This document shows, one piece after another, positions 48,462 through 60,287 of a stretch of DNA of 64,000 nt; position 1 is the stretch's first letter, and every line of letters begins with the position of its first letter. Origin of the DNA: a virus; IMG/VR virus record IMGVR_UViG_3300037606_000123, positions 1 through 64,000 of that record; one strand, given 5' to 3'. The notes beneath the pieces are model-generated. The model made no database searches. It was not told the origin of the DNA and saw only the letters and a list, made by a program, of their open reading frames with translations. Made by a program: the position numbers and the translations under genes.

Positions 48462-48941
48462 TTATTCACTTATAAAATATTTTAATACTAACATATTTTC
48501 TAATGTTATATTATCTGGTAATTGATCTAATTCAATTTTATTGAATTCAACAGTTGTTTTCATTTGTAAATTTTTATTATATTTAGAAATCTGTATGTCA
48601 CGTTCTTCAATTATATTAGTATAATTTTTTTTTAATAAATTAATATCAATAAGCCATTGTTCATCTGTTTCATCAATATCGTAACCATTATTTGAATTTA
48701 TTAATGGATTATTTGATGCATCACGTTTAGTATATTTATCACATAAGAATATTCTTTTTTTATCATATTCTTCAAATTCATCTGATGGTTTAACCGAATT
48801 AACCAATTCATTTATTGCATCATCTAAAATAACAATATTTTTAGATATTGTAAATGTAAGTTTTACACCTTCTAGTTTTTTTAATGATTCTAAATTACTT
48901 TTTAAAGCATCTGATAATATAAATAAGTCTATATTTTTCAT
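48462..48941 (-). CDS. Hypothetical protein
   Basis: 159-aa ORF. Confidence 0.65.
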   Translation of the reverse strand: MKNIDLFILSDALKSNLESLKKLEGVKLTFTISKNIVILDDAINELVNSVKPSDEFEEYDKKRIFLCDKYTKRDASNNPLINSNNGYDIDETDEQWLIDINLLKKNYTNIIEERDIQISKYNKNLQMKTTVEFNKIELDQLPDNITLENMLVLKYFISE

Positions 48942-48988
48942 TCTTTTATGTTATAGTTTTTAATTTATATCATATAAATTAAAAAAGT

Positions 48989-49609
48989 TTAATTTAAAAA
49001 AATGTCTGTATGTGATAGTGTATCAAAGTGACCATTAAAATTATCAAACATTTCTGTTGAATAAAATAAAAACCATCTACTATTATTTTCTATAGCATCA
49101 AAAACTTGTAATAACAACATTTTTTTATTTTTTGCTTTCAATGCGTTTTCTATAGCATATGTATGTTGTAGTGTTAAATAGTTTTTGAATTTATCAAATT
49201 TATCTTGTAGCTGATTTGGCATTTTAACTTTATCATCTATTTCTACATTAATAAGTGATAATGTATCTAACATTAATGTTTTAATTAATTTTTTACTATC
49301 TTCAAATGATATTTTTTGACCCTTTTCTAATATATCTTCAATTAATTTTGTCATGTTATCTAAAAATGTATCGATATAGTAATAATATAATTCAGTTTTT
49401 AAATCATTATCAAATTCATTTAATTTAGATTCAAATTTTATTGCTTTTAATGTAACTAATACATTATGATTTTTAATATTATAATTACCACCACCTAAAT
49501 TAGAAAGAAACACATCTGTTAAACCTTCTCGCAATTTTACATTATTAAAAATCCAAGTTGTTAATATTGCACCAATACCAACTATAATTTCTTGTAACCC
49601 AAAAGTCAT
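48989..49609 (-). CDS. Hypothetical protein with N-terminal membrane helix
   Basis: LQEIIVGIGAILTTWIF. Confidence 0.65.
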   Translation of the reverse strand: MTFGLQEIIVGIGAILTTWIFNNVKLREGLTDVFLSNLGGGNYNIKNHNVLVTLKAIKFESKLNEFDNDLKTELYYYYIDTFLDNMTKLIEDILEKGQKISFEDSKKLIKTLMLDTLSLINVEIDDKVKMPNQLQDKFDKFKNYLTLQHTYAIENALKAKNKKMLLLQVFDAIENNSRWFLFYSTEMFDNFNGHFDTLSHTDIFLN

Positions 49610-49657
49610 AATATATACATTAATTTTTATAATTTATATATAAAAAATTAAAAACAA

Positions 49658-49810
49658 TTATGAAATAAACACATGACTTGTTTCAGATCCACCACCAATA
49701 TAATCATAATTTGGTCCGTCTAATGAATACGCATCTATATTACCACCAATAACACCAACTGGTAATTCTATAATAAAATTATCAGATGCAAATAATATAT
49801 CATCAATCAT
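49658..49810 (-). CDS. Small protein in tail-fibre operon
   Basis: 50 aa MIDDILFASDNFIIELPVGVIGG...SHVFIS; below ORF-track cutoff. Confidence 0.55.
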   Translation of the reverse strand: MIDDILFASDNFIIELPVGVIGGNIDAYSLDGPNYDYIGGGSETSHVFIS

Positions 49811-49826
49811 ATTTATTTTTTATTTT

Positions 49827-51973
<2,147 letters not shown>

Positions 51974-52804
51974 TTATAATTTTATTATTTTTATTATTAC
52001 ATTTATTCTACTAACAGTATCAGCACTTATAACATTAAATGCTATTACATCATATATGTTTAATGCTGTTGTCCATGTACTAAGATTATTATTATTATTA
52101 ATTTGTTGTGAAATTAATTTTGGTAATTGTGTCCCTGCTATTGTATTTGCTACTGTTGGAATATTATAAGATGTACCTCTCCATATATCAATTTCACAAT
52201 TTCCAACAGTATTACCGATTATATCCCAACCTATAATAATTGCATCATATGGTAAAATTAAATATCCTTTTATACCAGGTGTTATAACAGATCCAGCACC
52301 ATCAACAGTTAAACCAAATGTTGAAACTAGTTCTTGAGATGGTTCTAAAAATTTAATTTTACAAATAAATCCAGTTGATGGATAACTCGAATTAACTATT
52401 ACGATTGGTTGAATATTAAAAGTAAAATATGTTGTATTATCAATTATACTTAAAATTTTATATTTAATCCATTTATTAGAATTTGATGCATCTTGTATTA
52501 ATATTATATTATTTTTTTGCATTTTATTGAATAAAAAATTACATACAAAAGAATTTATATCTGTAGTATGTATATATAATATTGTAGCTTGTGTCATATT
52601 ACTATTATTTACTCTAAATGTATTTATAGATGGATTGCTTAATGTACTTCCATCATATAACCATGTACCAATATTTAATAAATCAACAAATAAATCATCA
52701 ATAAAATCTTTATTCACAGCATCTAATTGATTTACAGGTGTTGCAAGATTTTTGATATTGTTTTGATTTAAATTTAAATGTGTTCTAACTTTTTTTTCTG
52801 CCAT
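51974..52804 (-). CDS. Tail-fibre-associated protein
   Basis: NLNQNNIKNLATPVNQLDAVNKDF; C-terminal GLTVDGAGSVITPG..IVGWD..EIDIW domain. Confidence 0.65.
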   Translation of the reverse strand: MAEKKVRTHLNLNQNNIKNLATPVNQLDAVNKDFIDDLFVDLLNIGTWLYDGSTLSNPSINTFRVNNSNMTQATILYIHTTDINSFVCNFLFNKMQKNNIILIQDASNSNKWIKYKILSIIDNTTYFTFNIQPIVIVNSSYPSTGFICKIKFLEPSQELVSTFGLTVDGAGSVITPGIKGYLILPYDAIIIGWDIIGNTVGNCEIDIWRGTSYNIPTVANTIAGTQLPKLISQQINNNNNLSTWTTALNIYDVIAFNVISADTVSRINVIIKIIKL

Positions 52805-52823
52805 ACATACATTATATAATATT

Positions 52824-54065
52824 TTATACTGGTTGTCCTATATTTCCAATAACAACAGCGATAACATTTATATTTGAACCGTTTGCAGTAATAGTAACAG
52901 TATTAACAGTTGTATTTACAATTGTAACTATATATTCTTCAAATGTTGAAGCATCATATACTGTTACAGATACATTACGTGTATTAAAATTATGTGTAAT
53001 TATTTGAGCACCCGCCATATCACCAATAGTTATAGCACTTGTTGCAACTTTACTTACATAATTACCTATTGTTAATTGATTAGAACCGTTTTTTGTAATT
53101 GTATTTGTATCTACTAAAACATTTAAACCTGTTCCTGTTGTTTGAATAGCACCAGTAGCATTTAAATTTACACCAATAGAATCTGGATTTACTGTTATTG
53201 AATTATCTGCTGCAACAACGTCAATAGTATTACCAGTTTTAGTTAAACCAAAACCACCAATAATTGTACCTGTTGCAGAAAATTGTGTAAATATTAAATC
53301 GTTTGTACCAACTACATCATTAGTTTGATTATTCGTACATGTCCAACCAGTATCAGCATTTATTGTACCTTCTTCTACAAACATAAAAGCGGATGCAACA
53401 TTATCTCCAATTTTAAAATCTAATGCTCTTGTCCAAGCTCCAGCATTTGCTAAGTAAATACCATCTTGTGTAGTTGTAGTTTGACCTGTTAGTAATACTC
53501 TATCATTTGCTAATAATGTAACACCATCTATTGTTAATAAACCACTTAATGCACTGTTTGATAATCCTATTACACGAACAGAATTTTTAACTTTTAATCC
53601 TTGCGCTACAGCATCAACATATGCTTTATTTGCACCATCGGTATTATTTATTGGTGTATCATTAATTGTTATTTTATTAATGATAGTATTACCATCAACA
53701 TCTCTAAGCATTAATGTTGATGCTGTAGCTGATTCTGTCGCGTTGTTTAATTTTGCTTTATCTGCTGCTGACATTGATCCTGCTGCAACTATTGTAGCTG
53801 GATCTAAAGATACTGTTGCAATACCATCAACATCAACAGTTACAGCAATACCGCCACCACCAGCAATAACATTTATTATATCTCCACCATAAGACCAGAC
53901 AGGACCTACAATATTAATACAAACACCAATTTGTAATTTTACAGTATCAAAGTATATTTGACCCAATTTCGGTGTTAATGGTGATGTAGCTGAATTTTCT
54001 ACCCTTGCTTTTAAAAGTTCATTTTGATTTAAATTTATATCAACTTTATAATTTCTTTGTGCCAT
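52824..54065 (-). CDS. Tail fibre protein
   Basis: GSMSAADKAKL, ANKAYVDAVAQGLKVKNSVRV..DRVLLTGQ..DGIY, ITHNFNTRNVSVTVYD. Confidence 0.75.
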   Translation of the reverse strand: MAQRNYKVDINLNQNELLKARVENSATSPLTPKLGQIYFDTVKLQIGVCINIVGPVWSYGGDIINVIAGGGGIAVTVDVDGIATVSLDPATIVAAGSMSAADKAKLNNATESATASTLMLRDVDGNTIINKITINDTPINNTDGANKAYVDAVAQGLKVKNSVRVIGLSNSALSGLLTIDGVTLLANDRVLLTGQTTTTQDGIYLANAGAWTRALDFKIGDNVASAFMFVEEGTINADTGWTCTNNQTNDVVGTNDLIFTQFSATGTIIGGFGLTKTGNTIDVVAADNSITVNPDSIGVNLNATGAIQTTGTGLNVLVDTNTITKNGSNQLTIGNYVSKVATSAITIGDMAGAQIITHNFNTRNVSVTVYDASTFEEYIVTIVNTTVNTVTITANGSNINVIAVVIGNIGQPV

Positions 54066-54104
54066 AAATAAATAATATATTTTTTATTATATATATTATT
54101 TATT

Positions 54105-54362
54105 TTAAGAGATAATTGCAATACCTTCAACTGGATTATTAAATATTATTTGTAATTGCATATTATTAATATAATTTATTTCTCCCTCAATAGTTTTATT
54201 GTTTATATCATAAATTATAACATTTACATGTTTATTTAATAAGTGTGTGATATTCCAAGTTGTTAATGGGAATGGTTGAGTATATGTAAAAGACAAATTA
54301 AAATCTAATTTATCTTTTGATATAGATTGATTTTTAATTTGTTTACCTTTAATTATACTCAT
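54105..54362 (-). CDS. Small fibre-associated protein
   Basis: TWNITHLLNKHVNVIIYD resembles the C-terminal domain of the next gene. Confidence 0.65.
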   Translation of the reverse strand: MSIIKGKQIKNQSISKDKLDFNLSFTYTQPFPLTTWNITHLLNKHVNVIIYDINNKTIEGEINYINNMQLQIIFNNPVEGIAIIS

Positions 54363-54378
54363 AAATTATATATGAAAA

Positions 54379-54969
54379 TTATTTTGTAATTATATATTTA
54401 GACCAAAATTCAACTGATTTTTTATATAATTCATGATTTAATTTTACCCCATTACCTCCCTCTTTTTTACCTAATGCATTTCTGAAAATTGTTATCGGTG
54501 GCATTGGGTCTGGTTCTGATTCAGCACATCCTAAAATAGCAACAACACCCCATTCACAATCTTCACTTAATTCAAAATCAAATGTTTGTATTTCTGTATA
54601 ATATTCATTTAATAATTGTTTATACGTGTATAATACAAATACTAAATAATTTGCTTTTGGTTTTTTAAAATATTTTGGTAATTCTAACCATTCAGATAGT
54701 ACTGGTAATTCATTTGGTGTTCTTGAAGAATACCCTGTACGTAAAAACATATGTTGATCTATTGAACGTTCAATAACTCCTTGTTTTATTTCATTAAATT
54801 TATTTTCTATAATTAAATATTTACAATGATCATCTGGTGAATCAATTAAAATATGATCTGCATAATTAATATCTTTTAATAACAAAGTAGAAATATCTTC
54901 TGTTATTTTTGTACCAACAAATGATACATTAAATTGTCTTTTTACAAAATTCGTATATTCAATTATCAT
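54379..54969 (-). CDS. Hypothetical protein
   Basis: 196 aa; PELPV-type LSEW, EPDPMPPITIFRNALG..GGNG. Confidence 0.7.
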   Translation of the reverse strand: MIIEYTNFVKRQFNVSFVGTKITEDISTLLLKDINYADHILIDSPDDHCKYLIIENKFNEIKQGVIERSIDQHMFLRTGYSSRTPNELPVLSEWLELPKYFKKPKANYLVFVLYTYKQLLNEYYTEIQTFDFELSEDCEWGVVAILGCAESEPDPMPPITIFRNALGKKEGGNGVKLNHELYKKSVEFWSKYIITK

Positions 54970-55393
54970 AATTAAAATTTATATTTTTTATATATTCGTA
55001 TAATATTGTCCAATCAGTTTCTGCATTAAATCCAGCTTTATCTTCTAATAATAAATTAAAATATATTTTTTTATTATAACAGCCTAAAGAATCATTATGA
55101 ATATCTAAATTTTCATTTGCATATTTAAAAATAATACTGTCTTTTTTAAAAAAAGATAAATATTTTGTTATTTCTGATGGGTGTGAACATGTATAAATAA
55201 TCAATACTATATCTTTACGTGTAGATAAATATTGTAATACTTCTTTTGAATTTGATATATATTCAGTAGGTAATCCATTTTTATTATAATTACCATACAC
55301 AATAGTATTATGTATATCTACAGCAATATATATTTTATCCCATTTTTTATCCTGAGCACTTAAATGCACTCTATGTAACGCGTCTATAAGCAT
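54959..55393 (-). CDS. HAD-like conserved phage protein
   Basis: IYIAVDIHNTI, LIIYTCS, ANEN, LLEDKAGF. Confidence 0.65.
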   Translation of the reverse strand: MLIDALHRVHLSAQDKKWDKIYIAVDIHNTIVYGNYNKNGLPTEYISNSKEVLQYLSTRKDIVLIIYTCSHPSEITKYLSFFKKDSIIFKYANENLDIHNDSLGCYNKKIYFNLLLEDKAGFNAETDWTILYEYIKNINFNYDN

Positions 55394-55400
55394 AATATAA

Positions 55401-55721
55401 TTATTTTTTAATTTTTATTGTAATATATTCTAATTCTGGATCATATTCTGAAACACCAACTATATAATTACCTTCATTTGTCATAATAATATCAGAAAAA
55501 TGATATATTATATCTAATGTTTGAAATTCTATTGGTAATGTTTCATGAAAGTTATAATCATTTTTTGTGTAAATGTTTAAAATATCATATTCTATATTAC
55601 TAAAAATATCACATTTATATTGCTCTTTCAACCATTCTATAAATAAATTTTTTAATAATGTTTGATTCAATAATTGTACTACTTCCATAATTTTTAATTT
55701 AAAACTGTAAATTTTTGGCAT
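55401..55721 (-). CDS. Hypothetical protein
   Basis: 106-aa ORF; true start may be the internal MEVV. Confidence 0.55.
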   Translation of the reverse strand: MPKIYSFKLKIMEVVQLLNQTLLKNLFIEWLKEQYKCDIFSNIEYDILNIYTKNDYNFHETLPIEFQTLDIIYHFSDIIMTNEGNYIVGVSEYDPELEYITIKIKK

Positions 55722-56707
55722 CTGATTTTGCCACCTGCATGAACTAAAGCAGCTAGATCATCTTTGTGAATTCTAACTTCTACAACCAATTCTTCGCAAT
55801 AATCAGTTGCCTGTGGTTTTGTCCAAACAGATAATCCAAATGAATTTTCATTATCATTATTGAAATCAGCATGACATTCATATTCTTGACCTTTTAAGTA
55901 TTGAAATTGAAAGTTAAATTTACTATAACGATCACTTCTAATACCTTTAAATCCATAAACATAATTACCTTTAACTACATATAAACCAGTCTTTTTAATA
56001 GCTTCTAATTTATAATCACCATTCATATATAACCAACTATTATTATTCAATCTTAATTTATGTTCAATAATAAAAGATTCAGATAACTTTTGATATTTTG
56101 ATATACAACCCCAATAAACATAATCTTTATGTTCAATTATAAACGATTCAGATAATTTTTGAAAACATGATATACGATCCCAAGAAACTTTATCTTTATG
56201 TTCTGTAATAAAAGATTCAGATAATTTTTGATTACTTGATATACGATCCCAATTAACTTTATCTTTAAATTCAATAATAAAAGATTCTGATAATTTCTGA
56301 TAATATGATATACAATCCCAATAAACTTTATCTTTATGTTCTGATATGAATGATTCTGATAATTTCTGATTATATGATATATAATTCCAATCAACATAAT
56401 CTTTATGTTCAGTAATGAATGATTCTGATAACTTTTGATAATATGATATACAAGTCCAATCAACTTTATCTTTAAATTCAGTAATAAAAGATTCTGATAA
56501 CTTTTGATACATCGATATATGATTCCAATATAATTTATTTAAGTCAATTTTATTTGATTTTTTGAATATTGATAATAATTCTGGATATTGATTTAAAACG
56601 TTATAATTAATATTTTTTTTAATTAATTTATCATATAAAACTTTCTTTAAATCTTTCGATTTTGTTTTAATATTCAATAATTCAATAATTTGTTCTGTTG
56701 TTCTCAT
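55694..56707 (-). CDS. Tryptophan-repeat solenoid protein with conserved C-terminal domain
   Basis: Seven 23-aa repeats xWxxISxxQKLSESFIxEHKDKV; C-terminal GFKGIRSDRYS..ENSFGLS..GKIRC. Confidence 0.85.
   Translation of the reverse strand: MRTTEQIIELLNIKTKSKDLKKVLYDKLIKKNINYNVLNQYPELLSIFKKSNKIDLNKLYWNHISMYQKLSESFITEFKDKVDWTCISYYQKLSESFITEHKDYVDWNYISYNQKLSESFISEHKDKVYWDCISYYQKLSESFIIEFKDKVNWDRISSNQKLSESFITEHKDKVSWDRISCFQKLSESFIIEHKDYVYWGCISKYQKLSESFIIEHKLRLNNNSWLYMNGDYKLEAIKKTGLYVVKGNYVYGFKGIRSDRYSKFNFQFQYLKGQEYECHADFNNDNENSFGLSVWTKPQATDYCEELVVEVRIHKDDLAALVHAGGKIRCQKFTVLN
56048..56530 (-). repeat. 69-bp coding tandem repeat x7
   Basis: Constant CARAARTTATCWGAATC core with variable codons around W and IS. 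Confidence 0.9.
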
Positions 56708-56763
56708 ATTTTAATAATATATAATAATAGAACAAAAATATAAATAATAAACAACAAATAAAA

Positions 56764-57780
56764 ATGTATAGAAGTATAAATGAATTTTTCTTTTCAAAAC
56801 ATTATATGTATGATGCAAATAATAGATTTAATTTAAGAATAAAAAACGCAAAGATTTTAAATAGTTTTCAAGATCCAATTAAGGCAGATTTAAGATTAAA
56901 AAAGGCATTATATTATTATGCATTAGAATTATTAGATAAATCATCTATTGCAATACAACCGATTGCTATTGCTTTTGGTAATATATATTTTAGAGAAAAC
57001 AGTAGATTACAAGCGGCAGAAATTGAAATTGATAATATTGTTAAAGGTAATGTTTATGTAGCAGTTATAAAAGAGCAAACCGTTGTAACATTATTATTAA
57101 TGCCATTAACAATTAGTAATGAAGATATAGCTAAAAAAATATATGATCATGATGGAACAACAATTAAACAGTTGCGTGATATGGATTTTAAAGAATTATC
57201 TTTTAATGATAAAAAACGCAAAACTATAGTTATAGATTTAGATATGTCTGATGTTGATTTTATGAATTTATATCCGGTTGTAACATTAAAAAATAATAAA
57301 ATAACTACAGCTAGTGGTTTATCCAAAATTGAATTAGATGAGATAACAAATAAGAAAGAGGTTAAAAAAGAACGAACATTTTCTATTAATGCAATACCGC
57401 AAGAATTTAAAGCATTAGTACCAAATAAAGAGTTTGTTATTTATGAAGGTATGGAAATATATGTACCATATCCAGATGGACCAAAGAAAAAGAAAATAAG
57501 AAAATTGATTATAGATGAGACTGGAACAAGTCGTAAATTTTCATTAGAATTTGAAAATACACTTAAACCAATGATATTAGATTTAAATACAACATTTATT
57601 ATATCACCAAAAATGTCTAATGATGTTTATAAAAAATTATTAATAGGTTTTAATTTAGATGAAAACACTGAATTAGATTTTCAAGGACCTATAACTAAAT
57701 TTAATTTTTATAAACTTGGTAAAGGTGGTTCTAAAGTAAATAAACTTGGAGTTATAATAGATCCAAAGATGTATTTTTAA
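56764..57780 (+). CDS. Hypothetical protein with CTS-like N-terminus (MYRSINEFF)
   Basis: 338 aa. Confidence 0.7.
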   Translation: MYRSINEFFFSKHYMYDANNRFNLRIKNAKILNSFQDPIKADLRLKKALYYYALELLDKSSIAIQPIAIAFGNIYFRENSRLQAAEIEIDNIVKGNVYVAVIKEQTVVTLLLMPLTISNEDIAKKIYDHDGTTIKQLRDMDFKELSFNDKKRKTIVIDLDMSDVDFMNLYPVVTLKNNKITTASGLSKIELDEITNKKEVKKERTFSINAIPQEFKALVPNKEFVIYEGMEIYVPYPDGPKKKKIRKLIIDETGTSRKFSLEFENTLKPMILDLNTTFIISPKMSNDVYKKLLIGFNLDENTELDFQGPITKFNFYKLGKGGSKVNKLGVIIDPKMYF

Positions 57781-58894
57781 TTATTAATTCGTTTAGTGAT
57801 TGTATAAATATTGTTTTAACTTTAACATATGCATATTCAGGAATTATAATACTATCATGTATTGTAATTATAGGTAAATTATTATATTCAGCTAAAACAT
57901 TAGGAATTAATTTATTAAAAATAAAATTAGATTCAATTCTTTGTAATTTATGTGCAATAATTTTATAATTTTTATTTTGTTTTTTATATGCACAGATCCA
58001 TTCATAGACATCAGGATATAAATTATTAAATAATATGTTCCAATAATTTTTAGACATGTTACGACCAAATAATACTGAATAAATATTTACTTTAACTTCT
58101 TTTCTATCTTTACCACTTATATCTTTTATTTTATCATATATAACACCAGTCATAACATCTGTATCAAATCCATTAAATTTAATGAATCCATTTTGTCTCA
58201 TTAATAAATATAAAAAAAACGGCTGCGAATTAGTAATATCAATTTCTTTTATTTTATCTTTTCCAAAAGTTAAAAAATTATTTCTAATATCTTTTTTTAA
58301 TATTGTGTAATTTGTATGAAATCTACCATAATTATCAAAACTATAATAAATATCTTTAATAGCAATTTTATTACATGCATTTAAATTCATTAAATGTGCT
58401 TTATCATTTATATCTATATTATTATCTATCCACTGTTTAGCCCCAACAATATTTAAATCCATTTTATATAAATCTTTAATTAATTTATTTTTCAATGTAT
58501 CTGAAATTAAATTATTAGCTATATTTAATTGTATCGTTTTATCATATAATTTTTTTGGTACATCTACAGTAATTGATAAATACCCGTTTCTTTTTGTTTT
58601 TTCTGTTAATTTATAACATTTAGATTTAATGCCAGAACTATAATTCTTAAATAAGTAAATAAAATTATATTCCATTAAATATTCGATATACTTAACATAT
58701 GAATTACCATATAAAGATTTCAAAACACGAGAATTTAATTTCATATTATCTTTATTAAAACATATATATCTATTCAAAAACATATCAATAATATTTATCA
58801 TATTAATAGTTTTTAATCTTGTCTCTTTATAATTAATATACTTTTTAGTATAAATATCTTTTAAAATAGGACTAATATATTTTAAATTTTGCAT
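57752..58894 (-). CDS. Compact PolA/T7-RNAP-superfamily polymerase-like protein
   Basis: DNYGRFH (DxxGR), EIDITNSQP (motif A), RKEVKVNIYSVLFG (B), TIHDSI (C). Confidence 0.65.
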   Translation of the reverse strand: MQNLKYISPILKDIYTKKYINYKETRLKTINMINIIDMFLNRYICFNKDNMKLNSRVLKSLYGNSYVKYIEYLMEYNFIYLFKNYSSGIKSKCYKLTEKTKRNGYLSITVDVPKKLYDKTIQLNIANNLISDTLKNKLIKDLYKMDLNIVGAKQWIDNNIDINDKAHLMNLNACNKIAIKDIYYSFDNYGRFHTNYTILKKDIRNNFLTFGKDKIKEIDITNSQPFFLYLLMRQNGFIKFNGFDTDVMTGVIYDKIKDISGKDRKEVKVNIYSVLFGRNMSKNYWNILFNNLYPDVYEWICAYKKQNKNYKIIAHKLQRIESNFIFNKLIPNVLAEYNNLPIITIHDSIIIPEYAYVKVKTIFIQSLNELIIKNTSLDLL

Positions 58895-58970
58895 ACAACT
58901 ATTAGTATAAATATTAATAAAAGTTTAAAAAATGATTTTTAATATTTATAATATTTTAATTATTTTTACT

Positions 58971-58999
58971 TATATATCATATGTGTCCACTTTATTTTC
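58971..58999. promoter_or_regulatory. Conserved 29-bp element, copy 2
   Basis: TTATATATCATATGTGTCCACTTTATTTT. Confidence 0.7.
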
Positions 59000-59118
59000 A
59001 AGGAAAATTAAACTTTTTTATTTAATACAATATAATAATGTTATTATTTTTTAGTTTTTATTTTTTTAATTCAAATAATTTATTATCTTTGTAATGTTCA
59101 ATTAATAAATATAAAAAA

Positions 59119-60201
59119 ATGTCACAAAAAATTTCACAAAAAGATATAGTGTTTGATTTTTTAAAAACTGTATCACCAACACAATCATCTTTATCTGTAT
59201 GGGAAGAGTTTGAAACAGCTAATCCAGGGTTTAATAAAAAAAATTATAGTTTTTATAGAAATCAAGCAATAAATGATGGGATATATGTACAAGTTAAAAA
59301 AAGACTTGTAACTGATATAAATACATTAAAAGTATTTAACGAAAAAGAATTAGTTGTTAAAACAATTAATCTTGATACTATTGATCCTGCAAAATTTAAA
59401 GCAATACCAACAGGTACACCATTTGATAAAATTGCATCTAAGCGTTTAGGAATAATGCCTGGAACTGCATATATGATTACAGGTGAATCTGGTGCAGGTA
59501 AAACAACTGTATCTACAAATATTGCAGATTATTTAAAAGAAAACAATGAAGGATATACTGCGGGATTTATTTCAGGTGAAATGGATGAAAATGATTGGAC
59601 AGAAGAATGTTTAGACAATCCAAGATTAGCTGATTTAGAAACTGTATTTTTATTAGATTATTTAGATGCTTCAAATTATGTTGAAATTTTAGTTGAAAGT
59701 TTATCAAAATGGAATTTTGTAATTCTTGATTCGTTTGAAGTTGTAATTGATCAATTAAAAGATATAAAAGGTTGGACTGCAAAAAAAGCAGAAGCAGAAT
59801 TAATTAATATGCTCAGAAAAGCAGCAGCAGAATCTAATTGTACAGTTCTTGCAATTCAACAATATACAAAAGGTGGTACATTTGTTGGGTCTAATAAAAT
59901 CAAACACTTATTAACAGGAATGATTTTTGTTAGATTTGATAAACACGGAGATCGTTATATCGAATTTGTTAAAAACCGTCGAGGTGGACATATGATAGGA
60001 AAACATATGTATTTTACTAAAAATAAAGAAACAGGTAGAATTGAATTTGATGATTTACGATTTGAAAATGATGCAGCTTTAGTATCTTTTAATCAAGATG
60101 AAGCTACAAAAATTCAAGAAGAAGTTGGTATCTTTGATGATTTAATTATGTTACAAGCAGAAGCGGCACAAAAACGTAGAGAAGAATTATTAGCAATTTA
60201 A
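59119..60201 (+). CDS. RecA-fold ATPase, RadA/Sms-like without Lon domain
   Basis: GTPFDK..GIMPGT; Walker A GESGAGKT; YISGE-type FISGEM; Walker B VILDSF; KNRRG. Confidence 0.8.
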   Translation: MSQKISQKDIVFDFLKTVSPTQSSLSVWEEFETANPGFNKKNYSFYRNQAINDGIYVQVKKRLVTDINTLKVFNEKELVVKTINLDTIDPAKFKAIPTGTPFDKIASKRLGIMPGTAYMITGESGAGKTTVSTNIADYLKENNEGYTAGFISGEMDENDWTEECLDNPRLADLETVFLLDYLDASNYVEILVESLSKWNFVILDSFEVVIDQLKDIKGWTAKKAEAELINMLRKAAAESNCTVLAIQQYTKGGTFVGSNKIKHLLTGMIFVRFDKHGDRYIEFVKNRRGGHMIGKHMYFTKNKETGRIEFDDLRFENDAALVSFNQDEATKIQEEVGIFDDLIMLQAEAAQKRREELLAI

Positions 60202-60287
60202 AAATAATTAATAAAATATTTTTTTTATTAAAAAAGAATTACTATATTTGTTAAACAATATAAATAAATAATTATATAAATAATATT

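Noticed and set aside
56048-56530. Diversity-generating retroelement target (variable codons mostly NNT)
   Set aside because: Third-position T is expected in this AT-rich genome; no reverse transcriptase or non-coding template repeat in the window.
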